A stretch of DNA of 56,158 nt from an uncultured bacterium (GTDB lineage: Bacteria > Patescibacteriota > JAHJAL01): the NCBI GenBank assembly GCA_938004065.1, contig CALKWM010000003.1, positions 1 through 56,158 of the forward strand, written 5' to 3'. A program made the position numbers and the translations under genes. Every line of letters starts with the position of its first letter. Position 1 is the first letter of the stretch. Positions 9,260-19,698 of this stretch are shown one piece after another. The notes beneath the pieces were generated by a model, which saw only the letters and a program-made list of their open reading frames with translations, was not told the DNA's origin and did not search any database.

Positions 9260-9331
9260 ATAAATAAAAAGTACTATCATATTATACAATAGTACTTTTA
9301 CATCTCACAAATTTATTTGTAAAAATATATC

Positions 9332-10030
9332 CTACTTCTTGTCACCCTTATTTTCAGTTTTCTCACCTTCGGCACCTTCAGCTCCTTCCTCTTCCTTTTT
9401 ACCTTTTTCTTCCACTTCTACACCCTCAACGTTCTCTGATACTTCCTGATCCAAAGAAGCCAACTCTTCCTCACTGCGAGGCGGGATAACATTGGCCACC
9501 ACGATTTCCGCTTCATGCTCTACCTCAACACCCGCTGGAATATTTAAATCACTGATTTTAATTGCATCATCAAATGTAAGCAAACTGTCAATATTTACCT
9601 CGATCAATTTAGGCAAATCTCCCGGCAAACAAGTTACTTCAATTTCATCCATATCGGTATTGAAAATTCCTCCTAGATCTTTCACCGCTTTGGAAAGACC
9701 AACAAATTCCAAAGGCACTTTTGTCGTTATCTTCTCATCCATTCTCACTCGGATAAAATCAATGTGATCCACCTCGTCGGATACTGGATGATAAGATACA
9801 CTATAAATCAACACATTTTCACTTTCTTTTTCATCAATACTAAGTTCCACCACAGTATTGTTACCGGCTGTTCTAAAAAGCCGCACAAAATCATTTCTAT
9901 TTACACCCACATTCACATTTTCCTTGCCGGCACCATATACACAAGCCGGAACTATACCCGCTCTTCGCAATTCTTTTACTTTCGATTTCTCAACATCTCT
10001 TGATGTAGCCGCTAAAGTAATTTTATCCAT
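9332..10030 (-). CDS. rplY: 50S ribosomal protein L25 / general stress protein Ctc
   Basis: The N-terminus is AATSRDVEKSKVKELRRAGIVPACVYG and the C-terminal tail is acidic. Confidence 0.9.
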   Translation of the reverse strand: MDKITLAATSRDVEKSKVKELRRAGIVPACVYGAGKENVNVGVNRNDFVRLFRTAGNNTVVELSIDEKESENVLIYSVSYHPVSDEVDHIDFIRVRMDEKITTKVPLEFVGLSKAVKDLGGIFNTDMDEIEVTCLPGDLPKLIEVNIDSLLTFDDAIKISDLNIPAGVEVEHEAEIVVANVIPPRSEEELASLDQEVSENVEGVEVEEKGKKEEEGAEGAEGEKTENKGDKK

Positions 10031-10126
10031 AATTAATTATCTAATATTAATATCCCGTATATAATAGCACATTTCAAATGAAAAAAGGAAGAACCTACTT
10101 CCCAATTCCTTTTTAAAACAAAAAAA

Positions 10127-10468
10127 CTATTTCAATCTCCCATCAAATCTTTCCAAGAAATAATGTACGTCAATTAAATCATTTGAGGAAATTATTTCCT
10201 TTTCAGAATTATAATTCAGATCATCTTCAAAAATCAAATTCAAGTCCACTGCATCTTTACTGTTTTTTATCGCTTGCACATTTACCAGTGATGCCACAAC
10301 ATTTAACCCGCAAGTCGAGCAAGCCAATTTCACAAAATATGCCTTTTTACCTCCAGTTATCATTTCAATGTCTTTATCAACAAAACTACCACCACAACTG
10401 GGACACTTGATGGCATATTTTATTGCATCCATTATCGCTTTAAATTTTTTTGAATCAAAATTATTCAT
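10127..10468 (-). CDS. hypothetical zinc-ribbon protein
   Basis: Contains the pair CPSCGG ... CSTCG. Confidence 0.5.
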   Translation of the reverse strand: MNNFDSKKFKAIMDAIKYAIKCPSCGGSFVDKDIEMITGGKKAYFVKLACSTCGLNVVASLVNVQAIKNSKDAVDLNLIFEDDLNYNSEKEIISSNDLIDVHYFLERFDGRLK

Positions 10469-10561
10469 AATTTACCATAAATTTAAAACATCAAATTAAA
10501 CATTCCATCTGCAAACTACTCCCCAATTATAACACTTTTTGCCCCCCGTTATCAAAAACTA

Positions 10562-11602
10562 CTACTTTTTTCTTCTTTCCAAATACCTCACCGTAAATAT
10601 TACAAACAAGATCAACAATAAAACCCCCAAACTCAATTTTCCTACACCCGAAGGAATATACAATGCCAATAACCCTAAAATCAAAGAAACTACCATATAC
10701 AATCCTAGAATAGACCAAATCCCCCAACCACGATCCAATAACTTGTGATGTAAATGCGACATATCTCCATCCCAGATCTTTTTTCCATGTTTCATGCGAC
10801 CATATATCACAAATAAAACATCCAACAAAACCACACCCAACACCAAACTCACGGTCGCCATTTTACTCCCTGAAATAATTGACATCACCGCCAACATAAA
10901 TCCAAGCAACATCGAACCGGTATCACCCAAAAATATCGATGCCGGAGGTAAATTATAAAACAAAAAACCCAAACACGCCCCGACCATTATAACTGCCAAT
11001 AAAGCACTATCATATTGATGAACATAAGAAGTGATACTCAGGAAAAATATGATTACAAAAGAAATCAAACTCACCCCTCCGGCCAATCCATCCATTCCAT
11101 CAAGAAAATTGACTGAATTGACCAACAATACTGTCCAAAAAATAGTAATCAAAGCCGACAATATATTTACATCCAAACTATAACCACCAATCGCCCATGA
11201 CACATCCCACGATGAAAAATCAAACACCACTCCAAATGGCAGATTCAATAGATTCACTCCAATACCTGACAAAACTAAAAATACTCCAATCAACAACTGT
11301 CCGCAAAGTTTTTGCCATGGTTTGATATTGTATAAATCATCCACAAATCCCAAAAAAGCTATGGCAATCACACCGATCATAATAGTCAAAATTTTCGGTG
11401 AAATCTCCATAAACATTGACATCGTTACTATAAGTGCCAAAAGGATACCCAATCCCCCCAGATATGGTACCACTCGCCCATGTTTTTTCCTTATCTTGTC
11501 CGGCCGATCAACTATCTGATTTCTCTTGGCCACCCAGGCAAAAAACGGCGTCGCTATCAAAGTAATGATGAAACTTACTATTAAAACCTTGATAAAAATC
11601 AT
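10562..11602 (-). CDS. glycosyltransferase family 4 polyprenyl-phosphate sugar-1-phosphate transferase (MraY/WecA family)
   Basis: Contains GFVDDLYNIKPWQKL and NFLDGMDGLAGG and is a multi-TM protein. Confidence 0.85.
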   Translation of the reverse strand: MIFIKVLIVSFIITLIATPFFAWVAKRNQIVDRPDKIRKKHGRVVPYLGGLGILLALIVTMSMFMEISPKILTIMIGVIAIAFLGFVDDLYNIKPWQKLCGQLLIGVFLVLSGIGVNLLNLPFGVVFDFSSWDVSWAIGGYSLDVNILSALITIFWTVLLVNSVNFLDGMDGLAGGVSLISFVIIFFLSITSYVHQYDSALLAVIMVGACLGFLFYNLPPASIFLGDTGSMLLGFMLAVMSIISGSKMATVSLVLGVVLLDVLFVIYGRMKHGKKIWDGDMSHLHHKLLDRGWGIWSILGLYMVVSLILGLLALYIPSGVGKLSLGVLLLILFVIFTVRYLERRKK

Positions 11603-11682
11603 ATATTTTTACAATTTATATAAACTTGATCTAAATAAATAAATGATATAATTAATACGAAATTATTATTTACATTATACCA

Positions 11683-12489
11683 ATGCCAAAAGGATTATTC
11701 ACTTCCATTTTACTACTTATAACAATTTTATCATTTTCCGGTTGTTGCGGCCCATCACAATATCAATTTACCAATACTCAACTCTCTGATGCCAGAAATG
11801 AAAAAACATATAAGATTATTGAACCGAAAAATACATTTCCCAGTGATATCCAAACAATTTATGGACAATCTTCATTTGTTATGCCCAATGACGGTGAGAT
11901 GACATATATCATGATCAATTTTGCTCAAATTGACGAAAACGGTTACCAGGAAATAGTCGATTCATCTACCAAATCCACACAACATGCCGGTTTATTAATT
12001 TTTGAAGGCAAACGCCCGGGATTTAGCTGGCCGGTAGGTCAATACGTAGTTGATTTTATCGTCAATGATATATCCTATGCTCAATATCCTTTCGAAATTG
12101 TTTCCTCCAATATAGTGTCCGACACTGCTAAAAGCGAATGGGGTACCGACTATCAAACCAGTATCGATATCGACTCTGAACATAACCCCATTCAACCTAG
12201 CTCCAATTTCAAAACTACTGATGAAGAAATATTTCTTTCCTTTGCTTCCACCCCCAGCATGCCAAAAACTACTGCCATCCGCGTTGAATGGTTTTATCTT
12301 GATCAAAAACAATTAATTATTTCGCAAGAACAGACTATGAACAAAAGCCAAAAAACTCATTTCACTTTGGACAAAACTCACAGCCGCAATTTCCTCCAAT
12401 CCAACAGCGATTGGCCAACCGGTAACTATAAAGCCGATATTTATTTTGACAACACCCTCGTCAATATCATTCAATTTAGAGTAAAATAG
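11683..12489 (+). CDS. hypothetical lipoprotein
   Basis: Signal peptide with a lipobox-like LSFSGC. Confidence 0.6.
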   Translation: MPKGLFTSILLLITILSFSGCCGPSQYQFTNTQLSDARNEKTYKIIEPKNTFPSDIQTIYGQSSFVMPNDGEMTYIMINFAQIDENGYQEIVDSSTKSTQHAGLLIFEGKRPGFSWPVGQYVVDFIVNDISYAQYPFEIVSSNIVSDTAKSEWGTDYQTSIDIDSEHNPIQPSSNFKTTDEEIFLSFASTPSMPKTTAIRVEWFYLDQKQLIISQEQTMNKSQKTHFTLDKTHSRNFLQSNSDWPTGNYKADIYFDNTLVNIIQFRVK

Positions 12490-12510
12490 TTCAAAAAAAT
12501 TCATAAATAA

Positions 12511-12539
12511 AATATCCCGCTATAAATATTCGGGATATT
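12511..12539. terminator. bidirectional hairpin
   Basis: aatatcccg pairs with cgggatatt, followed by a T-run. Confidence 0.6.
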
Positions 12540-12562
12540 TTATTATCTACCTATCAAACCCC

Positions 12563-13123
12563 CTATCCAAAAATATGAACCTCATGTACGGTTTTGTATT
12601 CATATAACTCCGAATCATCAAACCACAAACCTATCTCTTCCTTTGCTTCTTCCAAATTACCTGAAGCATGTATCATATTGGCCGCCCCTTTATGTTGCAT
12701 ACTGGCATAACCCAAACTCAAGTGAGAAAAATCTCCTCTGATAGTACCCGGCAAAGCGTCTTTTGGTCCGGTAGAACCAACAATTTTCCTAATAACTTCC
12801 ACCGCATTGACACCTTCCATTACCATCGCCACCACCGGTGCAGACATTAAAAACTCCCTGGTTTTTTCGATAATCATTTTACCAATCTCTTCCACCTCAT
12901 CCGTACACACCACCCCCATTTTATCCCAATCTGTCTTGGTCTTGTTACCCACAATAGGAATAAGCATATCCTTGTAGTGTTTCTTCGCCAATTCCGCATC
13001 AACTTTAACCATTTTCATACCAATAATTTTTAACCCGGCATCTTCAAACCTGGTAATAATTTTCCCCATCAAACCTCTTTGAACAGCATCCGGTTTCAAT
13101 AAAACCAACGATCTCTCAATCAT
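12563..13123 (-). CDS. ndk: nucleoside diphosphate kinase (long form with internal insertions)
   Basis: Contains ERSLVLLKPDAVQRGL, PGTIRGDF and NMIHASG. At 186 aa it is longer than the usual roughly 140-150 aa. Confidence 0.9.
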   Translation of the reverse strand: MIERSLVLLKPDAVQRGLMGKIITRFEDAGLKIIGMKMVKVDAELAKKHYKDMLIPIVGNKTKTDWDKMGVVCTDEVEEIGKMIIEKTREFLMSAPVVAMVMEGVNAVEVIRKIVGSTGPKDALPGTIRGDFSHLSLGYASMQHKGAANMIHASGNLEEAKEEIGLWFDDSELYEYKTVHEVHIFG

Positions 13124-13132
13124 ATTTGACTC

Positions 13133-14413
13133 CTATTTAAAATTATTTAATACCCTTTTAAAATCATTATCATTTTTATAAGGTCCGATAATTGCCATGT
13201 TTAACTTCTCCGGAACAAAAATATCTTTTGCCACTCGCATCACATCCGCCTCCGTCACTTCGTCAATTTTAGCCATCATTTTTTCCGGCGACAACACCTT
13301 ACCAAACATCAACTCTTGCATACCAACAATATTGGCAATCGTTTCCGGAGATTCCAAAGAGATTATCAATTTACCCTTCCAATACTCTTTTGCTTTCAAC
13401 AACTCTCTTGCTTCCACTTTCTCTTTCTTGATTCTGCTAAATTCCTTTAAAATCACCGCCAACGCTTCACCGGCCTTTTTGACATCTGTCCCCGTTTTTA
13501 CCACCAGATTTCCCGCATCTGCATAATTATCCACTGAAGAACTGATTGAATAAGCTAATCCCCGACGTTCCCGCACATTGATAAACAATCTGGAACTCAT
13601 TCCCTGTCCCAAAATCACGCTTATTAAATGCGTAACAAAATGATCAGGATGAAATGCCTTGTAAGTCCTAACTCCCACACAAAAATTTGTCTGACTGGTA
13701 ACTTTTTTATGCAACAACAAATCCGGTTTTTCTTGCGTCTCAGTTAATCCACTATAAATTGACTTATGCCCCTGTCCAATTTTGGACCAATATTTTTCCA
13801 ATAACTTAATCATAGTGGTTTCTGAAAAATTACCTACAACCACAATCAAACCATTGGCCACGGAATAATACTCATCACGATAATGAATTATATTTTTTTT
13901 ATTTACATTATCCACCGTTTCAAAAACTCCGGCAATATCTCTCCCCAAACCATGATCACGATACAAAACTTGATTCCAAAACCGCCAAATGCACACCTGT
14001 GGCGTATCTTCATACATTTTAATTTCTTCTTTTATAACATTACGCTCCCGATTGATTTCCTTCTCCTCAAATTTGGAATTGATCATCATATCTGACAACA
14101 CATCAACCGCAACTTCCGAATGCTGCTTGGCAACTTTTATGTAATAACCGGTATATTCGTAACTGGTAAATGCATTCATCTCTCCTCCAACACTATCAAC
14201 CGCCTCCGAAATTATCCTCGCTTCCGGCCTTTTTTTTGTACCCTTGAAAAACATATGTTCCAAAAAATGCGAAATCCCGGACAAATCCGGCACTTCACAC
14301 CTCGATCCCACTCTGAAAAAAACTGACACATTGACCGAATCGATACTTTTATTTGGCACCAATAACACATTTAAACCGTTAGACAATTTTCGAAATTTGT
14401 ATTTATTATTCAT
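13133..14413 (-). CDS. M16 family (pitrilysin-like) zinc peptidase
   Basis: Carries the inverted zincin motif HFLEHMFFKGT. Confidence 0.85.
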   Translation of the reverse strand: MNNKYKFRKLSNGLNVLLVPNKSIDSVNVSVFFRVGSRCEVPDLSGISHFLEHMFFKGTKKRPEARIISEAVDSVGGEMNAFTSYEYTGYYIKVAKQHSEVAVDVLSDMMINSKFEEKEINRERNVIKEEIKMYEDTPQVCIWRFWNQVLYRDHGLGRDIAGVFETVDNVNKKNIIHYRDEYYSVANGLIVVVGNFSETTMIKLLEKYWSKIGQGHKSIYSGLTETQEKPDLLLHKKVTSQTNFCVGVRTYKAFHPDHFVTHLISVILGQGMSSRLFINVRERRGLAYSISSSVDNYADAGNLVVKTGTDVKKAGEALAVILKEFSRIKKEKVEARELLKAKEYWKGKLIISLESPETIANIVGMQELMFGKVLSPEKMMAKIDEVTEADVMRVAKDIFVPEKLNMAIIGPYKNDNDFKRVLNNFK

Positions 14414-14585
14414 ACCTTCATTAAATATTATTCTTCTTAATAATATAATATTTTCACTATAAAAAACATCTATAATTTTTTACAATTTCATAATTTATTA
14501 AGCATAAATTAATTTTTTCTTAATTACATATCATATACACTTTAAATCGATCATATTTTAATATCCAAGGAGGTATTAAAAATTA

Positions 14586-15200
14586 ATGCAAATTACCAAA
14601 TATTGCCCCCATTGCCAAAAAATGATAAATTCATCCAAAAATCTCGTCTTTTGTGAAAATTGCGGCGATAAATTACAAATCGTTACTTTCGAATCCCCAC
14701 CTACTGACCAATCCCTCGGAAAAACAGCCACCGAACTTGGCAAGCAAATTGGTAATAAAGTTTACCAATCAGCCACAACCGCCACCAATACCTTAAAGAA
14801 AACATGCCAAGATTATCAAAATAACAAACGGCAAACAAAAACGCACGAAAACAATTATTCTGAGCTGGACACTGTTTTCAAAAGCTTACAAAGCATCGGT
14901 CGTTGGATCATCAATATTTCAAAAACTCTTACGGTAATTTTCTTTATTATTGGCATTCTGGCATGTCTTTTCAATATTGGAAAAAACCCCACTATTGCCT
15001 TTCTAATGCTTTTCTTCCCAATTTTCCCCTGTTTTATACTTTGTTTACCCATCTATATCGCCGGACTCGTTTTTACAGCCCTACCCCAAATTGTCCTGGT
15101 TATCAAAGAATGTGGCGTATATCTCAAAAAAATATATCTAAAAACAGAAAATATTACTGAAAAACTGGATAAAATTATCCAGCACACATCCCAACCCTAA
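14586..15200 (+). CDS. hypothetical zinc-ribbon membrane protein
   Basis: An AAGGAGGT RBS lies upstream. CPHC...CENCG at the N-terminus is followed by C-terminal TM helices. Confidence 0.55.
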   Translation: MQITKYCPHCQKMINSSKNLVFCENCGDKLQIVTFESPPTDQSLGKTATELGKQIGNKVYQSATTATNTLKKTCQDYQNNKRQTKTHENNYSELDTVFKSLQSIGRWIINISKTLTVIFFIIGILACLFNIGKNPTIAFLMLFFPIFPCFILCLPIYIAGLVFTALPQIVLVIKECGVYLKKIYLKTENITEKLDKIIQHTSQP

Positions 15201-15212
15201 AAATATATTTGC

Positions 15213-15236
15213 ACAGGACTTTTCGTCCTGTCTTTT
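15213..15236. terminator. hairpin between convergent genes
   Basis: acaggac pairs with gtcctgt, followed by a T-run. Confidence 0.5.
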
Positions 15237-15838
15237 TATCTTTTATACATCACACTTATCGTCAACATTGCAAATATCAGACCCAGCAACGCCCCGGCCG
15301 CCACATCTGATAAATAATGCACCCCCAAATACAATCTGGAAAAACATACCAATATTGCTAAAAAATAAATCAAAAATTTCAATCTTGAATTCTTCCATAT
15401 AGTATTGGACAAAAAATAAGCTACAAAAATTGAATACATTGCATGTGAACTGGGAAAACTGTAAAAATCAAGCATATTACTCGTAGATAAATTAGCAATC
15501 TCCGGCATCACTTCAAACGGCCTTAACCTCATCACACAATTTTTGATTGTAAAGTTTATCAGCAACATCAACAAACACACTATTCCAAAAAAACCCAACT
15601 CTCTAATCTTTTCCTTCTCCAAAAGGTAAAATACTACCACAATCAAACCAAATACACTACCAATAGTATAATTACTCACCCAATTGACTACTTTCACAAT
15701 CCATAAACTATGGGCAGTATTGTAAAGAAAATTCGCAATCGTCTTATCCAACGCAAAAACCAGTTCGATGTTCAAATACACCAAACCCATAATAAACAAA
15801 AAAACCAATACTAATATCAGTACATTACTCCTTTTCAT
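15236..15838 (-). CDS. PAP2 family phosphatase (undecaprenyl-diphosphatase-like)
   Basis: Contains the SFPSSHA and SRLYLGVHYLSDV motifs. Confidence 0.8.
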   Translation of the reverse strand: MKRSNVLILVLVFLFIMGLVYLNIELVFALDKTIANFLYNTAHSLWIVKVVNWVSNYTIGSVFGLIVVVFYLLEKEKIRELGFFGIVCLLMLLINFTIKNCVMRLRPFEVMPEIANLSTSNMLDFYSFPSSHAMYSIFVAYFLSNTIWKNSRLKFLIYFLAILVCFSRLYLGVHYLSDVAAGALLGLIFAMLTISVMYKR

Positions 15839-16077
15839 AACAAATATATCTTCTCAAAAAACGGCCAAAAAATAAACCCTAAATATTCCTATTAATCTAC
15901 CTCAAATAGACAAAATGTTCAGGAATATTATAGCTAAAGGAAGAATTTATTTCTATTTTTTAATTACTTAAAAAAAAGAAACTATGGGTTTAATTCTCAA
16001 ATTAGGGTTCCCAAAAAATTAGGGCTTTAGCACCATATTTTTTAGGATAGAGGAAAAAACGGTTCGATTTAAGTGCA

Positions 16078-16105
16078 AAGAAAGCCAACATGAGTTGGCT
16101 TTCTT
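16078..16105. terminator. 12-bp hairpin downstream of tRNA-Asp
   Basis: aagaaagccaac pairs with gttggctttctt. Confidence 0.55.
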
Positions 16106-16132
16106 GAAATGAAGAGAAGCGTTTTTGACGAG

Positions 16133-16206
16133 CGGAGTCGACGGGACTCGAACCCGCGACCTCAGCCGTGACAGGGCTGCGTTCTAACCAACTGAACTAC
16201 GACTCC
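16133..16206 (-). tRNA. tRNA-Asp(GTC)
   Basis: GGAGTCG TA GTTC AGTTGGTTA GAAC G CAGCC CTGTCAC GGCTG AGGTC GCGGG TTCGAGT CCCGT CGACTCC G. No CCA is encoded. Confidence 0.9.
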
Positions 16207-16233
16207 AAATAACAAATGTACATGAACCTAACT

Positions 16234-16290
16234 CCCGCGACCTGTCCGACGTAACGTCGGACCGTTCTAACCAACTAAAACTACGACTCC
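16234..16290 (-). pseudogene. 5' tRNA-Asp-like fragment with the anticodon arm replaced by the hairpin GTCCGACGTTACGTCGGAC
   Basis: It shares the acceptor 5' strand, D-arm, variable loop and T-stem 5' strand with tRNA-Asp. The 17-nt anticodon arm is swapped for a 19-nt palindrome, and there is no T-loop or 3' acceptor strand. Confidence 0.6.
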
Positions 16291-16347
16291 ATACATCTCC
16301 CCCTACAAATGTATTCTACTTGAAATCTAACTATAAAATCCAGTATT

Positions 16348-17319
16348 TTATTGTACTTCAGGCACTTTATAAAACTCCCAAATCCTCATCGATGCTTTTT
16401 GACTATCCAACCACTGCAAAAAATCCTGATCTATTTCCCCTCTTTTATCTACCACTTTTATGATATGCCAACCAAAATCGGTCCTCACTAAATTACTTAC
16501 TTGACCCTTTGAAAGAGAAAAAGCAATATTTTCAAAATCAGAAACCATTACTCCTCTAGCAAAAAATCCCAAATCTCCACCATTATCTTTGGTCGATGTA
16601 TCATCGGAATATTCTTTAGCCAAGGCATCAAAATCCCCACCACCATTTATCTTGTCCAAAACTTCTTGTGCTTTATCTTTGGCTTTATTAACTTCCTCTT
16701 CACTCGCCCCCTCGGCAATCGCAATCAAGATATGTTTGGCATCAACTTTCTCTATCAATTTATCTTCCAGATTTTTAGCCAACAAAGACAAATTAACTCT
16801 TTGTTTAAAACTATCCATATTCCAACCAAATTTTTCCACCAATAATTTTTCAAATTCTTCTTTCCCACCATTTTGTTCGATAATACTATCCATTTCATTA
16901 TTTAAATCCTCATCGGCTACTGTTACTCCATAATCTTTTCCCAATTCATATATCACTTGTTCATTGATCAAGTTGGTATAAACCTGACTTCGATCATTAT
17001 CCGTAATTTGACAATCAGTACCGACACCCTCACAAGTACGTAAAATCAAATCCAACTCTTTCCAGTAATCTTTTAACATCACCGGCCGATACTCCACCAT
17101 CGCCATCGGAAAAGGCAAAACACTCGCTACCGCCTTCACTATACTATTTTCATCTTTTTTAAAACCATACAAAAGCACACTTTCGAGAATTAGCAACAGC
17201 AACAATATAACAACGACTATCATAACTATACTCTTTATCTCAACACTTTTTTTTGGTAAAGCCGGTTTTGAAATAAAGTCTTCTTTTTCTCGAACTGCAT
17301 CTTTTTCTTTATTTTCCAT
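16348..17319 (-). CDS. PpiC-type peptidyl-prolyl isomerase (PrsA/SurA-like), membrane anchored
   Basis: Contains AKHILIAI and GGDLGFFARGVMVSDFENIAF...DFGWHIIKV. Confidence 0.85.
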   Translation of the reverse strand: MENKEKDAVREKEDFISKPALPKKSVEIKSIVMIVVVILLLLLILESVLLYGFKKDENSIVKAVASVLPFPMAMVEYRPVMLKDYWKELDLILRTCEGVGTDCQITDNDRSQVYTNLINEQVIYELGKDYGVTVADEDLNNEMDSIIEQNGGKEEFEKLLVEKFGWNMDSFKQRVNLSLLAKNLEDKLIEKVDAKHILIAIAEGASEEEVNKAKDKAQEVLDKINGGGDFDALAKEYSDDTSTKDNGGDLGFFARGVMVSDFENIAFSLSKGQVSNLVRTDFGWHIIKVVDKRGEIDQDFLQWLDSQKASMRIWEFYKVPEVQ

Positions 17320-17334
17320 AACAATTTCCTTTTT

Positions 17335-18096
17335 TTAGATTAAAAACGGTGGTAACCAACTGGCAGTTACCAAAACTACCACCATCAAAACTATCCCAAC
17401 GAATAAATATTCAAACACCACTCGATTGGTTAAAACTCTTTCCAGCCAATGGCTCAACAACCCCCAAAAAATATACATGGTAACAACCAAAACGATACTT
17501 TTTGCCGATGGGTCAACCGGCCAAAAACTAACAATCAAAAATATCTCCGACATCAAAAAACCAAACAAAACTGTATACAAAATTGTTTTCGCCCGTTCCA
17601 AACCACTCGCCCACAACACCGCATAAAATATCAAAAAACCGATTATCACCACAATCAACATCAACAACCAAAGTGGCATTGCAAATCCTACACTAACATT
17701 AAAAATTGAATAAAACAACAAATACGCCGCAATCAAAGAAACAAATGAAAAATTCAATCTGGTAATCAAAAAGCTTTTGTACGGAAACTGATCCACATAT
17801 AACATTAAAAAATACACACACAAACTACCAACCACAAAAATTATTTGCTTAAATAACATTACTGGCATAAAGAAACCAAAAGACAACACTCCTATGGTTA
17901 ATAACACGGGTAATATTGAACGACGAATTATCCCACCTTCCCAATTACCACCCATCATCCACAAAACACCCGTTACAACCAAAACCAACATCACAAAACT
18001 TCCCCACAGCATTACCGCCGGGAAAAAAGCAAAAACTTGCAACAAACCCAAAAATAACAAACTGACAATCAAAGGTTTAATACTGAAATATTTCAT
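17335..18096 (-). CDS. hypothetical polytopic membrane protein
   Basis: Roughly 7-8 hydrophobic segments. Its stop overlaps the upstream gene. Confidence 0.5.
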   Translation of the reverse strand: MKYFSIKPLIVSLLFLGLLQVFAFFPAVMLWGSFVMLVLVVTGVLWMMGGNWEGGIIRRSILPVLLTIGVLSFGFFMPVMLFKQIIFVVGSLCVYFLMLYVDQFPYKSFLITRLNFSFVSLIAAYLLFYSIFNVSVGFAMPLWLLMLIVVIIGFLIFYAVLWASGLERAKTILYTVLFGFLMSEIFLIVSFWPVDPSAKSIVLVVTMYIFWGLLSHWLERVLTNRVVFEYLFVGIVLMVVVLVTASWLPPFLI

Positions 18097-19397
18097 TCTT
18101 GTATCTCAAAATTATCTCCTAAAACCAATACACAATCCTTATCTTCATAAACTTCATCAGATGATTCAACCACGATATCCCATTTTGAAAAATAATCCTC
18201 TGCCAATTCCATTTTATCCTTATTGCATTTAACAAATGATTCCGTTACATCTTCATCCCAATTATCCAATTCCGTTACAATATTGCCATCACCTTCCACC
18301 AACTCTCCCGCTTTGCTGGCTAAACCTACTCGATTTGTACCATTATGAATAGACATAGTTAAAATTTCTTTCTCTTTTATTCCTTGAGTATCAATTTGAT
18401 TCTGCACAAAATCATGAATTTCAGAAAAATCACCAGCTCTCGGTACCAAAGTATAAATCTCTCCGGAACTTGAATCCATCAACATTCCTTCTGCAGTATT
18501 ATCAAAAACAAAGTTATTAATGCTAATATCATCCCCCCAATCACGTACCAATTTAACCACTCTCTCCCATTCCCATATTTTCAAGTCCGTTTCCAAATGA
18601 TTGGATATTACATCGATCATTTGTACTAAAATAGTTGCCCCCTCCACAAGACTCTTTGATAAAAAAGCTTCTTTCATACCCAACAAAACTTGTTGCTGAC
18701 GTCTGGCGCGATCAAAATCACTTGTTGTTTGTCGGCTACGCGAATATTTTAAAGCCGTCTCTCCATCCATATGCTGTCTACCGGCCTGTACAGAAAATAC
18801 TTGATATCCCCCATATCCATCAGGATACATATAATCATATATATCATTTTCCACATTTACTTCAATTCCACCCAACAAATCCACCGCCTGGACAAAACCG
18901 TCAAAATCAACTTTTACATAATAATCAATATCCTGACCAACCACATTTGTTACCGTATCCTCCAACACAGACATCCCACCACCGGCTACATTATAATTTT
19001 TCCCCATAGAATAAGCAGCATTAATTTTTGAATAACCAAAACCTGGCACTTCCACATACAAATCCCTTGGAATACTAAACATATCCAATTCATGATTTTG
19101 CGTATCAACAGACACAAACATAATTGTATCCGTCAAATCCGGAGCGGTATTATCACCACCAGCGACCCCCGTCAACAATACATTAACATGTCCATCACGC
19201 TCTCCTGTCAATCTCCTGGTATTTAAACCCATGCTATTGCTGATATTTGACCAAAAACCACCATCTTCACCTGTTTGTGTTTTTTCCGCACCAACTTGAG
19301 CTGTTACCAACCTATATCCCACCAAACCTGTGTATAAAACAAAAAGTGCTCCAAAAAATATTATTGGGATATACCACCAATTAAATACTATTTTCAT
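18093..19397 (-). CDS. LytR/CpsA/Psr (LCP) family protein with a C-terminal LytR_C-like extension
   Basis: An N-terminal TM helix is followed by VNVLLTGVAGGD...LTDTIMFVSVD and RSRQTTSDFDRARRQQ. Confidence 0.8.
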   Translation of the reverse strand: MKIVFNWWYIPIIFFGALFVLYTGLVGYRLVTAQVGAEKTQTGEDGGFWSNISNSMGLNTRRLTGERDGHVNVLLTGVAGGDNTAPDLTDTIMFVSVDTQNHELDMFSIPRDLYVEVPGFGYSKINAAYSMGKNYNVAGGGMSVLEDTVTNVVGQDIDYYVKVDFDGFVQAVDLLGGIEVNVENDIYDYMYPDGYGGYQVFSVQAGRQHMDGETALKYSRSRQTTSDFDRARRQQQVLLGMKEAFLSKSLVEGATILVQMIDVISNHLETDLKIWEWERVVKLVRDWGDDISINNFVFDNTAEGMLMDSSSGEIYTLVPRAGDFSEIHDFVQNQIDTQGIKEKEILTMSIHNGTNRVGLASKAGELVEGDGNIVTELDNWDEDVTESFVKCNKDKMELAEDYFSKWDIVVESSDEVYEDKDCVLVLGDNFEIQE

Positions 19398-19698
19398 AAC
19401 TTTTTTAGTCAGATTAAATTTTTCTTTTTCCCGTTCTTAAACGATTGTAACAAATTTATCACTTTTTTTTAATAATTTTCCAAAAATGTCAATAGCAAAC
19501 GTCTTTCGCGCCATTTAAATAATATCTCAAATAATTACGAATTTTTTATCATAATAATGAAAATTTTTGATAAGTAATATATTAACTCAACATTCTATTG
19601 CAAAACTACCTTTTTAAACAAAAATCACCAATATTATCACATCCGTAAAAAATGTTCTATAATAATTAAGTACCATAATCATTTATATAACAAATTAC

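Noticed and set aside
10527-10748. Small ORFs overlapping the 3' end of the MraY/WecA-like gene
   Set aside because: These are shadow frames of a confidently called membrane protein gene.
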